Of a stretch of DNA of 34,930 bases, positions 9,094 through 18,131 are shown one piece after another (position 1 is the stretch's first letter; every line of letters starts with the position of its first letter). The notes beneath the pieces are model-generated. The model ran no database searches. It was not told where the DNA came from and saw nothing but the letters and a program-made list of their open reading frames with translations. This stretch comes from an uncultured Methylotenera sp. (GTDB lineage: Bacteria; Pseudomonadota; Gammaproteobacteria; Burkholderiales; Methylophilaceae), in assembly GCA_964464725.1 (NCBI GenBank), contig CAYXHH010000002.1:12310-47239 (forward strand), given 5' to 3'. The position numbers were made by a program, and so were the translations under genes.

Positions 9094-10353
9094 TTAGCCG
9101 CGCCGCATACTGTCAAAAAAATCAGCATTATTTTTAGTTTGCTTGATTTTATCTAACAAGAACTCCATGGCTTCTAAGTCATCCATAGGGTAAAGCAATT
9201 TGCGTAATACCCAAATTTTCTGGAGCACATCTTTCTCAATGAGCAGTTCTTCTTTGCGGGTGCCAGACTTATTCACGTTAATGGCTGGGTAGATACGTTT
9301 TTCGGCCATACGACGGTCAAGATGAATTTCCATATTGCCCGTACCTTTAAACTCTTCATAAATCACATCATCCATACGTGAGCCTGTATCCACTAACGCA
9401 GTCGCAATAATAGTGAGCGAGCCACCTTCTTCGACATTACGCGCTGCACCAAAAAATCTTTTTGGTTTTTGCAGGGCGTTAGCATCAACGCCGCCAGTCA
9501 ATACCTTGCCAGAAGAAGGGATGACGGTGTTATAAGCACGCGCTAGACGAGTAATTGAATCCAATAAAATGACTACATCTTTCTTATGCTCAACCAAACG
9601 TTTGGCTTTTTCGAGTACCATTTCTGCAACCTGCACATGACGTGTTGCTGGTTCATCGAAGGTGGATGCTACGACCTCACCTTTTACCGAACGCGTCATT
9701 TCTGTCACTTCTTCAGGGCGCTCGTCTATGAGCAATACAATCAATATACAGTCTGGATGATTTGCAGTAATCGCGTGCGCAATATTTTGCATCATCACTG
9801 TTTTACCACTTTTTGGGCTGGCGACTAGTAAGCCGCGCTGGCCCTTACCGATAGGCGCAATCATATCAATGACACGGCTGGTCACATTTTCTTCACCACG
9901 GATATCGCGTTCTAATTTAAGTGGGACAGTTGGGAAAAGAGGGGTTAAGTTTTCAAAAAGAATTTTGTGTTTTGTGTTCTCTGGTGCCTCTCCATTCACC
10001 AAATCTACTTTAACAAGTGCAAAGTAGCGTTCACCATCTTTTGGCGTGCGAATTTCACCTTGAATCGAATCGCCAGTATGTAAATTAAAACGACGAATCT
10101 GTGAGGGAGATACATAAATGTCATCTGTACCAGCTAAATACGAGGTGTCAGGAGAGCGCAAAAAACCAAAGCCATCTTGTAATACTTCTAATGTACCTTC
10201 ACCATAAATGCTATCGCCTTTTTTTGCTTTATTTTTAAGAATAGCAAAAATGACCTCTTGCTTACGCATGCGGCTTGCATTTTCAATTTCATCTGCAATT
10301 GCCATTTCAACTAGTGTGGTAACAGGGAGGTGTTTGAGATCAGATAGATACAT
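9094..10353 (-). CDS. rho: Transcription termination factor Rho
   Basis: 419 aa with [19 protein letters not shown], the P-loop region [29 protein letters not shown] and [10 protein letters not shown]. Confidence 0.99.
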   Translation of the reverse strand: MYLSDLKHLPVTTLVEMAIADEIENASRMRKQEVIFAILKNKAKKGDSIYGEGTLEVLQDGFGFLRSPDTSYLAGTDDIYVSPSQIRRFNLHTGDSIQGEIRTPKDGERYFALVKVDLVNGEAPENTKHKILFENLTPLFPTVPLKLERDIRGEENVTSRVIDMIAPIGKGQRGLLVASPKSGKTVMMQNIAHAITANHPDCILIVLLIDERPEEVTEMTRSVKGEVVASTFDEPATRHVQVAEMVLEKAKRLVEHKKDVVILLDSITRLARAYNTVIPSSGKVLTGGVDANALQKPKRFFGAARNVEEGGSLTIIATALVDTGSRMDDVIYEEFKGTGNMEIHLDRRMAEKRIYPAINVNKSGTRKEELLIEKDVLQKIWVLRKLLYPMDDLEAMEFLLDKIKQTKNNADFFDSMRRG

Positions 10354-10480
10354 ATGTGAGGACTCGCTAGAAGGGAACTACTACAAAGAGATGGGTTTAA
10401 AAAAGCTTTCGATTATTCTACCTAGAGTTTATCAAATGCCTGCTGACCTGTTTGAGATATGCCAGCAGGTTTGAATTTAT

Positions 10481-10807
10481 TTAAATATTACTGTCAATAA
10501 AAGCGGTTAATTGAGATTTAGATAAAGCGCCCACTTTAGTGGCTTCTACATTTCCATTTTTAAACAACATTAAGGTAGGAATGCCACGAATACCGTATTT
10601 AGGAGGAGTTTGCTGATTGTCATCAATGTTGAGTTTAGCAACCTTTAAACGACCTTCATACTCTTTAGCGATGTCATCTAAAATCGGGGCTATCATTTTG
10701 CAAGGACCACACCATTCAGCCCAGTAATCGACCAAGACTGGTAGTGGTGATTGTAATACTTCCTGTTCAAAAGCGGCATCGCTTAAATGGGTAATATGTT
10801 CGCTCAT
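10481..10807 (-). CDS. trxA: Thioredoxin 1
   Basis: 108 aa with WCGPC and GIPTL, SD GAGG, and the conserved trxA-rho order. Confidence 0.98.
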   Translation of the reverse strand: MSEHITHLSDAAFEQEVLQSPLPVLVDYWAEWCGPCKMIAPILDDIAKEYEGRLKVAKLNIDDNQQTPPKYGIRGIPTLMLFKNGNVEATKVGALSKSQLTAFIDSNI

Positions 10808-11046
10808 TTTAACCTCGGTATAAATTTTGATGAGTTGATTAAGTTGTTGTAAAAAATCAGCTATTAAGCCAATGAATTTTTTGCTTTTGTTTTAAGGAAC
10901 TTAAATACTGAAGTAGATTAGTATATTTAATTGTGAGTGTTTATTAATTATGCATTAACTAAAAAAAATTAACTACTATTTATCGTTAAGTAGTCGTAAA
11001 TTACTTCTAATTAGCGTTAAATATAAGTATAACAACATCGTTTGCC

Positions 11047-12579
11047 TTATATCAAGCTGTATTCAAAGCGTTCAAATCGTGCAGTACGCTCAATTAACTT
11101 GTTTAACAGAATATTTTGATGTTTATTAAAGCTCAAAACATTACCAAGCTTGCAAAATCCGCGTGCGACAACAATGCTAGCAGGCTGCTTGAGCACAGTT
11201 AATTCAGGTAATAATAAAACCTCGCCTTCAATTGCTGTGCTGCTATTTTCTACTTTCGCTATATCTGCAATTGCACTTGGCGAGATTAACTCTACCCCAA
11301 TATCTAATTGATTCATTTCATTGATGTTTGCCCAGCGCAATACTGCAAGCTCCCACGTGGCACTTTTGCTATTTTTCATCGCAACAATATCACCTACCCT
11401 TGCAGACGCAGCAGAAGAGCTAAATTTTCTAAGCGCATATCCGCCAGCACCTACATTCAAAATTTGCCAACGAGAAGGTTTAATTGCACCCTCGATGTTG
11501 TCGTGTTTTGCTTTTGATTTGCCTGGTTTAAGTAAGTGATGTGCGGCAATTAATCCAATACCAAGCTCAACACCATCACTTTTTTTAGTTCTAGAGAAAA
11601 TACGCTGTTGCGCTTTTCCAAAGTTTTTAATCAGTTGAGCAAGCAGGTCTTGATATTGATTTTCTAATGCATGGCTGGGTAAATAACCATCATTAGGCAC
11701 AATACCATCTTGCAGTAGCTTAATATGCTGATGAATTTGTCTAGCCAAATTCACGGTGACTAAAAGAATATCAGTTTCTTCATTGGGTTTATCTTGATTT
11801 TTTACGAATGCTGTCGGTGGTTTGTTGCCATCTAGGGCAACGATAAATACGCCTGTCGGGTTGTCTATGAGTCCCAATGGCCTAATCTCAGCGTGTTCTG
11901 CAATATTGCAAAGGTAAATATCCGTTTTTAAAATATCTGTGCTGGCAAGATGTTGCGGATCAGCTAATTCCATCAGCAATATCTGCGTATAGACTAAATT
12001 AACCGAGCTGACATTATTCATGGCTAATTGGTCAATCACAGACAATTTTTGAACAGATTGTTGTAGTGCGCAGAAGTAAAGTTTATGTAGCTCTGCCCAA
12101 ATAGCTGATGATGGTGTGCGGTAGCAAAGATGATGAATTAATACAATTTCTTTAAGCGCATGAATAGCGCGTTGTATCACTTGGGCAGCAGATTTGCTGC
12201 TATTAATGGCTAAAATTTTATTCAGTAAGTCGATTAAGGCAAGCTTATAGCCATATGCAAACTCTTGCCATAGTTTAATTGCAACATCCGCAAAAATACG
12301 TTCATTTTTTGTGAGGGGCAGGCTGGCATTACTAAAATGTAGAATTAAATCTTTATAAATTTGAATTGCGGCTGGACGATACAGTTCTAGCGCATTGAGC
12401 CGATTGGAAAAAGCGACTTTCTGCGAATTTAAAATTTGTAGCTCATCAATCAAGTCACTCGAAGCAGAAATTGGGTCGCCGAAAGGCAGTTTCTGAATGA
12501 ACTCGTTTATTTTGTGTGTGCGAGTCTCTGCCAACAAAATTGGATTATCATCTAGATTAGGTAACTTAAAGCTGATCAT
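11047..12579 (-). CDS. Hypothetical protein resembling FimW-type c-di-GMP receptors (helical N-terminus, degenerate PilZ C-terminus)
   Basis: 510 aa with RLNALELYR and WAELHKLY segments, an RxxxR motif (RIFSR), WQILNVGAGGY and VLRW...IGVELISP. Family assignment is from recalled motif pattern only. Confidence 0.55.
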   Translation of the reverse strand: MISFKLPNLDDNPILLAETRTHKINEFIQKLPFGDPISASSDLIDELQILNSQKVAFSNRLNALELYRPAAIQIYKDLILHFSNASLPLTKNERIFADVAIKLWQEFAYGYKLALIDLLNKILAINSSKSAAQVIQRAIHALKEIVLIHHLCYRTPSSAIWAELHKLYFCALQQSVQKLSVIDQLAMNNVSSVNLVYTQILLMELADPQHLASTDILKTDIYLCNIAEHAEIRPLGLIDNPTGVFIVALDGNKPPTAFVKNQDKPNEETDILLVTVNLARQIHQHIKLLQDGIVPNDGYLPSHALENQYQDLLAQLIKNFGKAQQRIFSRTKKSDGVELGIGLIAAHHLLKPGKSKAKHDNIEGAIKPSRWQILNVGAGGYALRKFSSSAASARVGDIVAMKNSKSATWELAVLRWANINEMNQLDIGVELISPSAIADIAKVENSSTAIEGEVLLLPELTVLKQPASIVVARGFCKLGNVLSFNKHQNILLNKLIERTARFERFEYSLI

Positions 12580-12622
12580 ACAAACTCCAAACGGAATTCA
12601 TTCATGTTAGCGTGTAACTCTA

Positions 12623-12678
12623 GAATTTTCACTTTAGTATAATAACTTATTCGAATTTTCAATTTTGCAAATAACTTA
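12623..12678. repeat. Imperfect ~30-bp tandem repeat in a divergent promoter region
   Basis: GAATTTTCACTTTAGTATAATAACTTA (12623-12649) vs GAATTTTCAATTTTGCA-AATAACTTA (12653-12678): 23 of 27 aligned positions identical. Confidence 0.6.
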
Positions 12679-12691
12679 AATTATTTAAAGA

Positions 12692-13174
12692 GTGATGATA
12701 CATAAAAAATCAGTTTTAAAATATTTTTTACTCATATTGCTCTTTAGTTTGAGTCATTTAAGCTACAGTGCAGATGATTTTATACTCAATGATACTTCGG
12801 GTAGAAAGCATACCTTGTCACAGTATAAAGGTAAATGGGTAATTGTGAATTACTGGGCCACATGGTGCCCGCCTTGTTTAGAAGAAGTGCCAGATTTGGT
12901 CAACTTGTATGATAGTCGCCACAATCAAGATGTCATGGTGTTTGGTGTGGTTTTTGATTATGAAAATATTCGGGTTGTCGAAAAGTATGTGGATGACATG
13001 TTGATGTCATACCCAATTGTGTTGGGAAATGATGCGATTAGGAAGCAAATCGGCAGCTCAGAAGTGCTTCCCACCACTTATATTTACAACCCAGAGGGGC
13101 GTTTGGTCAAAACCAGAAAAGGACTCGTCACTAAAAAATATTTAGAAGCGATTATTTCTGGCGCAACGAAATAA
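12692..13174 (+). CDS. TlpA/ResA-like periplasmic thiol:disulfide oxidoreductase
   Basis: Signal peptide, KGKWVIVNYWATWCPPCLEEVP and LPTTYIYNPEG. Start is GTG 12692 or ATG 12695. Confidence 0.9.
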   Translation: MMIHKKSVLKYFLLILLFSLSHLSYSADDFILNDTSGRKHTLSQYKGKWVIVNYWATWCPPCLEEVPDLVNLYDSRHNQDVMVFGVVFDYENIRVVEKYVDDMLMSYPIVLGNDAIRKQIGSSEVLPTTYIYNPEGRLVKTRKGLVTKKYLEAIISGATK

Positions 13175-13185
13175 TTTAAGGTGTT

Positions 13186-13524
13186 TTAGGTGTTAACTGG
13201 CACTTCAATACTATTGCCTGCTTCGTCTAACACATTCAGCCGATTTTCATTTGCAAATTGCATCAGCTCTTCAAATCGCTCTGGGCTGACTTCTTGAAGT
13301 TTCATATCCACTACCAAGCAACGCACACCACTAATCACTTCTGGCTTCAAATAAGGCGAGTAGCGCAATTTGCGATTCTCGCCAAAAGTAGCAAATGTGC
13401 TACAAATACGGTCTATCCAGTCACTTGGGCGAAACGCTTTACCGTCACGCGTGGTGCTTTGGATAATGATTTCTGTTTTACCGTCATTGAGTTTTTTTTC
13501 TGACATGCTAATTGGATTCGCCAT
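13186..13524 (-). CDS. DUF3579 family protein
   Basis: TxDGKxFRPSDWxDR and F-ANENRL pattern, recalled as characteristic of the betaproteobacterial DUF3579 family. Confidence 0.75.
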   Translation of the reverse strand: MANPISMSEKKLNDGKTEIIIQSTTRDGKAFRPSDWIDRICSTFATFGENRKLRYSPYLKPEVISGVRCLVVDMKLQEVSPERFEELMQFANENRLNVLDEAGNSIEVPVNT

Positions 13525-13540
13525 ATTTTCCTTCTATTAC

Positions 13541-14137
13541 TTAATTAATATATTCAAATACTTTAACCACTTTTTCAACACCACTGGTGTTGCTTGCAAT
13601 GGCTACCGCCGCATCTGCCTCTTCTTTTGTGACTAGACCCATTAAATATACAACGGAATTTTCTGTCACGACTTTAACGTAATTAGCCTGAAACTTATTC
13701 TCGGTTAAGAATGCAGTTTTCACTTTTGAGGTTAAATAAGTATCATTTGCACGCGAGCTCAAATCTGTTTTAGGACTGACGACAATTTCATTGGTGACGC
13801 TACGTACTTGTTCAACCTCTTTCATTAAACTTTCAGCTTTTGCTTTTCTTTCTGCATCTGGCACTTCACCAGTGAGCAGCACATTTTGGTTGAAGCTGGT
13901 GACGTTCACGTGCGAATCTTCGCCTAAATTGGTCTCCATTTTACGAACTGCTTTAATTTCAATATTTTCATCTTCGACAAAAATACCAGTCGTACGTCTG
14001 TCAATCGCTGCAGAAGTGCCTGCTGCTGCGCCTCCTACGACTGCGGGTACACAAGCGGCAGTAGAGCTAACAATGGCAATGCTCAATAGGAGCTTTGTTG
14101 TGATACTTTTTGCTGGAATGAATTGTGAAAATTGCAT
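13541..14137 (-). CDS. dolP: Dual-BON-domain outer-membrane lipoprotein (DolP/YraP-like)
   Basis: Start ATG 14137 with SD AGGAG. Lipobox TAAC, DRRTTG, two BON domains (VLLTGEV; VVYLMGLVT...VVKVFEY). Lies downstream of yraN. Confidence 0.85.
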   Translation of the reverse strand: MQFSQFIPAKSITTKLLLSIAIVSSTAACVPAVVGGAAAGTSAAIDRRTTGIFVEDENIEIKAVRKMETNLGEDSHVNVTSFNQNVLLTGEVPDAERKAKAESLMKEVEQVRSVTNEIVVSPKTDLSSRANDTYLTSKVKTAFLTENKFQANYVKVVTENSVVYLMGLVTKEEADAAVAIASNTSGVEKVVKVFEYIN

Positions 14138-14242
14138 TGAATACTCCTTAAGAATTATCGTTTTTTGAATGTGGAAAAGTTGAGCCCAGCGCACGTTAAG
14201 TAAGGTGTAAATAGAACATGATTTTTGCGAATAATACGCCAA

Positions 14243-14608
14243 TTATGTTTCAAAAGCATTACTTAACCACTCTATGCTCTGAAAATTTGCTTTATTCATT
14301 AAAATTGCATCAAAGCGACATGCAGGCAATTCTTGTGTTTGTTGATATTGTTGTAGGAAATGCTGTGCAGCCAATACGATTTTTTGCTGCTTGTGGGGGG
14401 TAATGCTGCTGGCAGCATCGCCAAATTGGAGGTTGCTTCTCAGTCTTACTTCAATAAACACTAGGGTTTTGCCATCCTTCATAATCAAATCTATTTCACC
14501 AAAACGGCAGTGGTAGTTTTGTGCCACAAGTTTAAGGCCGCGTTCAGCTAAAAAAGTTGCAGCTATTTTTTCGGCTTCTAATCCTGCATTGTTTTTATTT
14601 ATTTTCAT
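14243..14608 (-). CDS. yraN: YraN family (UPF0102) predicted endonuclease
   Basis: GLEAE...NYHCRFGEIDLIM...LVFIEVR...CRFD...WLSNAF. Start moved to ATG 14608 to avoid overlap with rsmI. Confidence 0.92.
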   Translation of the reverse strand: MKINKNNAGLEAEKIAATFLAERGLKLVAQNYHCRFGEIDLIMKDGKTLVFIEVRLRSNLQFGDAASSITPHKQQKIVLAAQHFLQQYQQTQELPACRFDAILMNKANFQSIEWLSNAFET

Positions 14609-14653
14609 TTTATTTACTTTTAGGCGTAATCGCAGCTTTAGCTTAAAATTGTC

Positions 14654-15508
14654 ATGATGAAGCAATACGGTACATTATATGTGGTAGCAACGCCGATCGG
14701 CAATTTAGGCGATATTACCTTGCGCGCTATCGAAACGTTGAAAAATGTGGATGCGATTGCGGCCGAAGATACGCGCCATACAGCAGGTTTGTTAGCGCAT
14801 TTTGGCCTAAGCAAAAAACTGATTGCGGTGCATGAACATAATGAACACCAAGCAGCTGAAAAAATGTTAATCCAGCTTAAAAATGGCGAAAATATTGCTT
14901 TGGTCACGGATGCTGGTACGCCTGGCATTAGCGACCCAGGTGCGGTTGTGGTGGATATCGTTCGCAAAGCAGAGATAAAGGTGGTGCCAATTCCTGGGGT
15001 AAGCGCAGTGATTACCGCGCTCTGTGCCAGTGGTATTCAGCAAAACGGCTTTTATTTTCATGGGTTTTTGCCTGCCAGTGGAGCGGCTAGACGTAAAGTG
15101 CTTGAAAGTTTAAAGTCGCAATCAGTGACATTGGTGTTATACGAAGCGCCGCATCGTATCGTGGAATGTGTGGAAGATATCGCAAAAGTAATGGGTGAAG
15201 CGCGACGAATTACGATTGCTCGTGAACTCACGAAAACATTTGAGACCATTTATACTTGCCCTCTAAGCAAAGCCAGTGCTTGGTTGCAGGCCGATACTAA
15301 TCAGCAACGTGGTGAGTTTGTGTTGCTAATTGAAGCTGCGCCAGTGGTAGAAACACAAGAAATAAGCGAGGAAGCGCAACGTGTATTAAAATGTCTGTTA
15401 GCAGAGTTGCCACTCAAGCAAGCAGTTACGTTGGCAACAGAAATTACGCAGTTAAAGAAAAATGATTTATATGAATTTGCCTTAAGGCACAAAAAAGAAA
15501 ACGCATAA
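14654..15508 (+). CDS. rsmI: 16S rRNA C1402 2'-O-methyltransferase
   Basis: [39 protein letters not shown] and RGEF. Divergent from yraN. Confidence 0.97.
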   Translation: MMKQYGTLYVVATPIGNLGDITLRAIETLKNVDAIAAEDTRHTAGLLAHFGLSKKLIAVHEHNEHQAAEKMLIQLKNGENIALVTDAGTPGISDPGAVVVDIVRKAEIKVVPIPGVSAVITALCASGIQQNGFYFHGFLPASGAARRKVLESLKSQSVTLVLYEAPHRIVECVEDIAKVMGEARRITIARELTKTFETIYTCPLSKASAWLQADTNQQRGEFVLLIEAAPVVETQEISEEAQRVLKCLLAELPLKQAVTLATEITQLKKNDLYEFALRHKKENA

Positions 15509-15524
15509 AGTAGAAAATTTACGT

Positions 15525-16565
15525 ATGACAGCTCAGATTACAATCACTCGCCCTGACGATTGGCACTTGCATTTGCGTGATGGCGATGCGCTTAGTGCGG
15601 TGTTGCCAGATACCGCGCGACAATTTGCACGCGCAATTGTGATGCCCAATTTACGACCGCCTGTAATAACGACTGAATTGGCTGTCGCATACCGTCAACG
15701 CATTATGGCGGCGCTCCCAGCAAATATGCGCTTCGAGCCACTGATGACTTTGTATTTAACTGACAATACGTCTGCAGATGAGATTAAAAAAGCTAAAGCA
15801 AGCGGTATCGTGCATGGGGTTAAGCTATACCCTGCGGGTGCAACCACGAATAGTGATTCTGGCGTCACGAGTTTAGACAAGTGTGCCAAGGCGCTAGAGG
15901 CGATGCAGGAAGTCGGGCTTCCACTTTTAACGCATGGCGAAGTTACGGATAGTCATGTCGATGTGTTTGACAGAGAAAAAGTGTTTATTGAGCGCCATAT
16001 GCAGCCCTTACTTAACAGAATGCCAGCATTAAAAATTGTGTTTGAGCATATCACCACCAAAGACGCTGCTGATTTTGTGTTAAGTGCCCCCGCAAACGTT
16101 GCTGCTACCGTTACAGCGCACCATTTATTGATGAACCGCAACGATATGTTCAGTGGCGGCATCCGTCCGCACCACTATTGCTTGCCTGTACTCAAGCGCG
16201 AAACACATCGTCAGGCTTTGGTAGAAGTAGCAACTTCCGGTTCGCCCAAATTCTTTTTGGGCACCGATAGTGCACCTCACGCCAAAAATGCCAAAGAAGC
16301 AGCGTGCGGTTGTGCAGGGATGTACACAGCGCACGCGGCTATTGAGCTTTATACTGAAGCCTTTGAGGCCGCAAATGCATTAAACAAACTTGAGGCGTTT
16401 GCTAGTTTTAATGGTGCTGATTTTTATGGGCTCCCTAGAAACACAGAAAAAATCACATTGGAAAAAGCCAGTTGGCAGGTGCCAGATGAACTACCATTAG
16501 GAAGAGAGAGTCTAGTACCATTAAGGGCGGGGCAACTAATACACTGGAAACTTATTCAGACTTAG
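15525..16565 (+). CDS. pyrC: Dihydroorotase (E. coli-like homodimeric type)
   Basis: [27 protein letters not shown] and [10 protein letters not shown]. Confidence 0.97.
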   Translation: MTAQITITRPDDWHLHLRDGDALSAVLPDTARQFARAIVMPNLRPPVITTELAVAYRQRIMAALPANMRFEPLMTLYLTDNTSADEIKKAKASGIVHGVKLYPAGATTNSDSGVTSLDKCAKALEAMQEVGLPLLTHGEVTDSHVDVFDREKVFIERHMQPLLNRMPALKIVFEHITTKDAADFVLSAPANVAATVTAHHLLMNRNDMFSGGIRPHHYCLPVLKRETHRQALVEVATSGSPKFFLGTDSAPHAKNAKEAACGCAGMYTAHAAIELYTEAFEAANALNKLEAFASFNGADFYGLPRNTEKITLEKASWQVPDELPLGRESLVPLRAGQLIHWKLIQT

Positions 16566-16592
16566 TGAATAAAGCAATATGGAGACTAAAGT

Positions 16593-17090
16593 ATGAAGAT
16601 ATCAAAAGCAATCTATTTGGCATTGATGCTGAGCTTTGCAAGCGGGGCTGTGCTCGCAATCACACCCGATCCCTCTGACCAAAATATCTATCAACGTGAG
16701 TTTAGATTGTTGGATACAAACAATGATAGCAAAGTAAGTGCAACAGAAATTAAAAAGGATCCTATTTTTGAAGAGGGTGGTTTTAATAAAGCTGACAAAA
16801 ATCATGATGGCAATTTAAGTCAAGATGAGTATGCCAGTTACAAATCAGCCGCACAGCAAGTTGAGGCGAAAAGAGTCGCTAGAGATAGTGCAATTACCTC
16901 AAAAGTTAAAGCTAATTATTTACTTGAGAAAAATTTTAGAAGCTTTAAAGTGAGCGTGGAAACCAAAGATGGTGTCGTGATACTAAGTGGGTTTGTAGAT
17001 GATGAAGCTACAAAGAAACGCGCAGAGCGAATTGCCGCAAGTGTCAAAGGGGTTAAATCTGTTAAAAATGGGTTAGTGATAAAACCATAA
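16593..17090 (+). CDS. Secreted protein with paired EF-hand motifs and one BON domain
   Basis: SD GGAG and a signal peptide (..AVLA). EF loops DTNNDSKVSATE (aa 41-52) and DKNHDGNLSQDE (aa 68-79). BON domain DSAITSKVK...GVVILSGFV...VKGVKSVKNGL. Confidence 0.85.
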   Translation: MKISKAIYLALMLSFASGAVLAITPDPSDQNIYQREFRLLDTNNDSKVSATEIKKDPIFEEGGFNKADKNHDGNLSQDEYASYKSAAQQVEAKRVARDSAITSKVKANYLLEKNFRSFKVSVETKDGVVILSGFVDDEATKKRAERIAASVKGVKSVKNGLVIKP

Positions 17091-17129
17091 CAATTATTTC
17101 ATCACATTTAAATTATTGGGGCGATAAGG

Positions 17130-17435
17130 ATGTTAACTAGAGCGCTATTCTTTATATTTTTGCTGCTAAATACAGCGGTTATTTTTGCAGAAGTACACCC
17201 AGACATAGAGGCCACAACTGTAAATGGGGATAAAGTGATATTGCATCCCAATGGCGGTTGGGAATATGTAGATACAAAAAAAGCAGAAGTGGCTAATGCC
17301 ATTGCGAGCCAACATCCCGAAAATCAAATTTGTCCAAAAGGTGCACAACGAGCCAATTTTGGTTATGGACGTTGCATTTTGCCCGGTGATAAAGATTTCA
17401 ATCGCGGTTCCTTAGGTGGTAAAGGAAAATACTAG
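17130..17435 (+). CDS. Small secreted hypothetical protein (DUF3157-like N-terminal motif)
   Basis: Hydrophobic signal peptide, ATTxxGxKVILxxxGxWEY motif and two Cys (68, 82). The family label is tentative. Confidence 0.65.
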   Translation: MLTRALFFIFLLLNTAVIFAEVHPDIEATTVNGDKVILHPNGGWEYVDTKKAEVANAIASQHPENQICPKGAQRANFGYGRCILPGDKDFNRGSLGGKGKY

Positions 17436-17489
17436 ATTAGTAATCTTATGTCTTTATTAAGTCTTTCAATTTTTACTCGAATCAGCTTG

Positions 17490-17498
17490 TGTTAGAAT
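17490..17498 (+). promoter_or_regulatory. Extended -10 promoter of rnpB
   Basis: TG-T-TAGAAT at 17490-17498, ending 6 nt before the first base of helix P1 (17505). Confidence 0.65.
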
Positions 17499-17504
17499 TG
17501 CCAC

Positions 17505-17879
17505 GAAGCTAGCCAGACAGTCGCCGCCATTCGTGGGGGAGGAAAGTCCGGGCTGCATAGAGCAAGATGACGGCTAACGGCCGTACGTTGAAGTTTTTTT
17601 AGCGAAAGCTAGAAATTATAAGACGCGGAATAGGGCCACAGAGACGAGTCGGTTCGACCTGCGAGTCGCGAAAGTGACGAGCTTGCGTCGAAACGGGTGA
17701 AACGCGGTAACCTCCATCTGCAGCAAGACCAAATAGGCTGGTACTTTTACGCAAGTAAATAAGGCGTGGCTCGCGCTACCAGCGGGTAGGTTGCTCGAGC
17801 GCATAAGTAATTATGCGTCTAGATGAATGACTGTCAGGTCTAGCAATAGACGACAGAACCCGGCTTATCGGCTAGCTTT
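17505..17879 (+). ncRNA. rnpB: RNase P RNA, bacterial type A
   Basis: Universal GAGGAAAGTCCGGGC, ACAGAGAC, GGGTGAAAC and ACAGAACCCGGCTTA motifs. P1 GAAGCTAGCC/GGCTAGCTTT and P2 GACAGTCG/TGACTGTC pair. Confidence 0.98.
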
Positions 17880-17894
17880 TTTAATCCCCATGCC

Positions 17895-17929
17895 AAAAAA
17901 AGAACCGCACCTTTCAAAAAGGTGCGGCT
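17895..17929 (-). terminator. Intrinsic terminator on the minus strand with no annotated upstream gene
   Basis: Minus strand AGCCGCACCTTT-TTG-AAAGGTGCGGTT followed by CTTTTTTT. No U tract follows the stem on the plus strand. Confidence 0.8.
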
Positions 17930-18131
17930 AGGGGGTCATGGTGCAATACGGTTTCGGTTTTTAAAGAGTTGTATACCGACAATTCTTTAATAACTCACAT
18001 CCTAAATTGGGGGTGGGATGTGCTGTGTGACACAGATTACCGTTTTTTATTCTTATCCAATTATTCTTATATTTGGTTAGCTATTGGATTAACTTAAAGC
18101 TTATTGCTATTGATTTAATTGAAAAATTCAT
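17895..18131 (-). ncRNA. Candidate small regulatory RNA (boundaries approximate)
   Basis: Ends in the orphan terminator. Internal hairpins at 17961-17990 and 17996-18022, CCCCC runs and ATAAGAATAA repeats. Possible promoter TTGTTG-16-TAGAAT (minus, 18165-18138). No ORF of 60 aa or more. Confidence 0.45.

Noticed and set aside
10808..11046. Very AT-rich 239-bp spacer upstream of trxA with short palindromes
   Set aside because: Only short AT-rich symmetries expected by chance; no ORF, terminator or repeat I can support.
14138..14242. Long N-terminal extension of the BON lipoprotein ORF, considered as a diaA/gmhA remnant
   Set aside because: No SIS-like motif is present, and the downstream ATG 14137 has SD AGGAG and a proper lipoprotein signal.
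16713..16829. Lanmodulin assignment for the EF-hand protein
   Set aside because: It has only two EF loops, no Pro at loop position 2, and a BON domain that lanmodulin lacks.
17616..17804. 62-aa minus-strand ORF
   Set aside because: It lies wholly antisense to rnpB and is a by-product of the structured RNA sequence.
18110..18123. FNR-like box TTGATTTAATTGAA
   Set aside because: Two mismatches in the right half-site, AT-rich context, and no -10 at the class II spacing.
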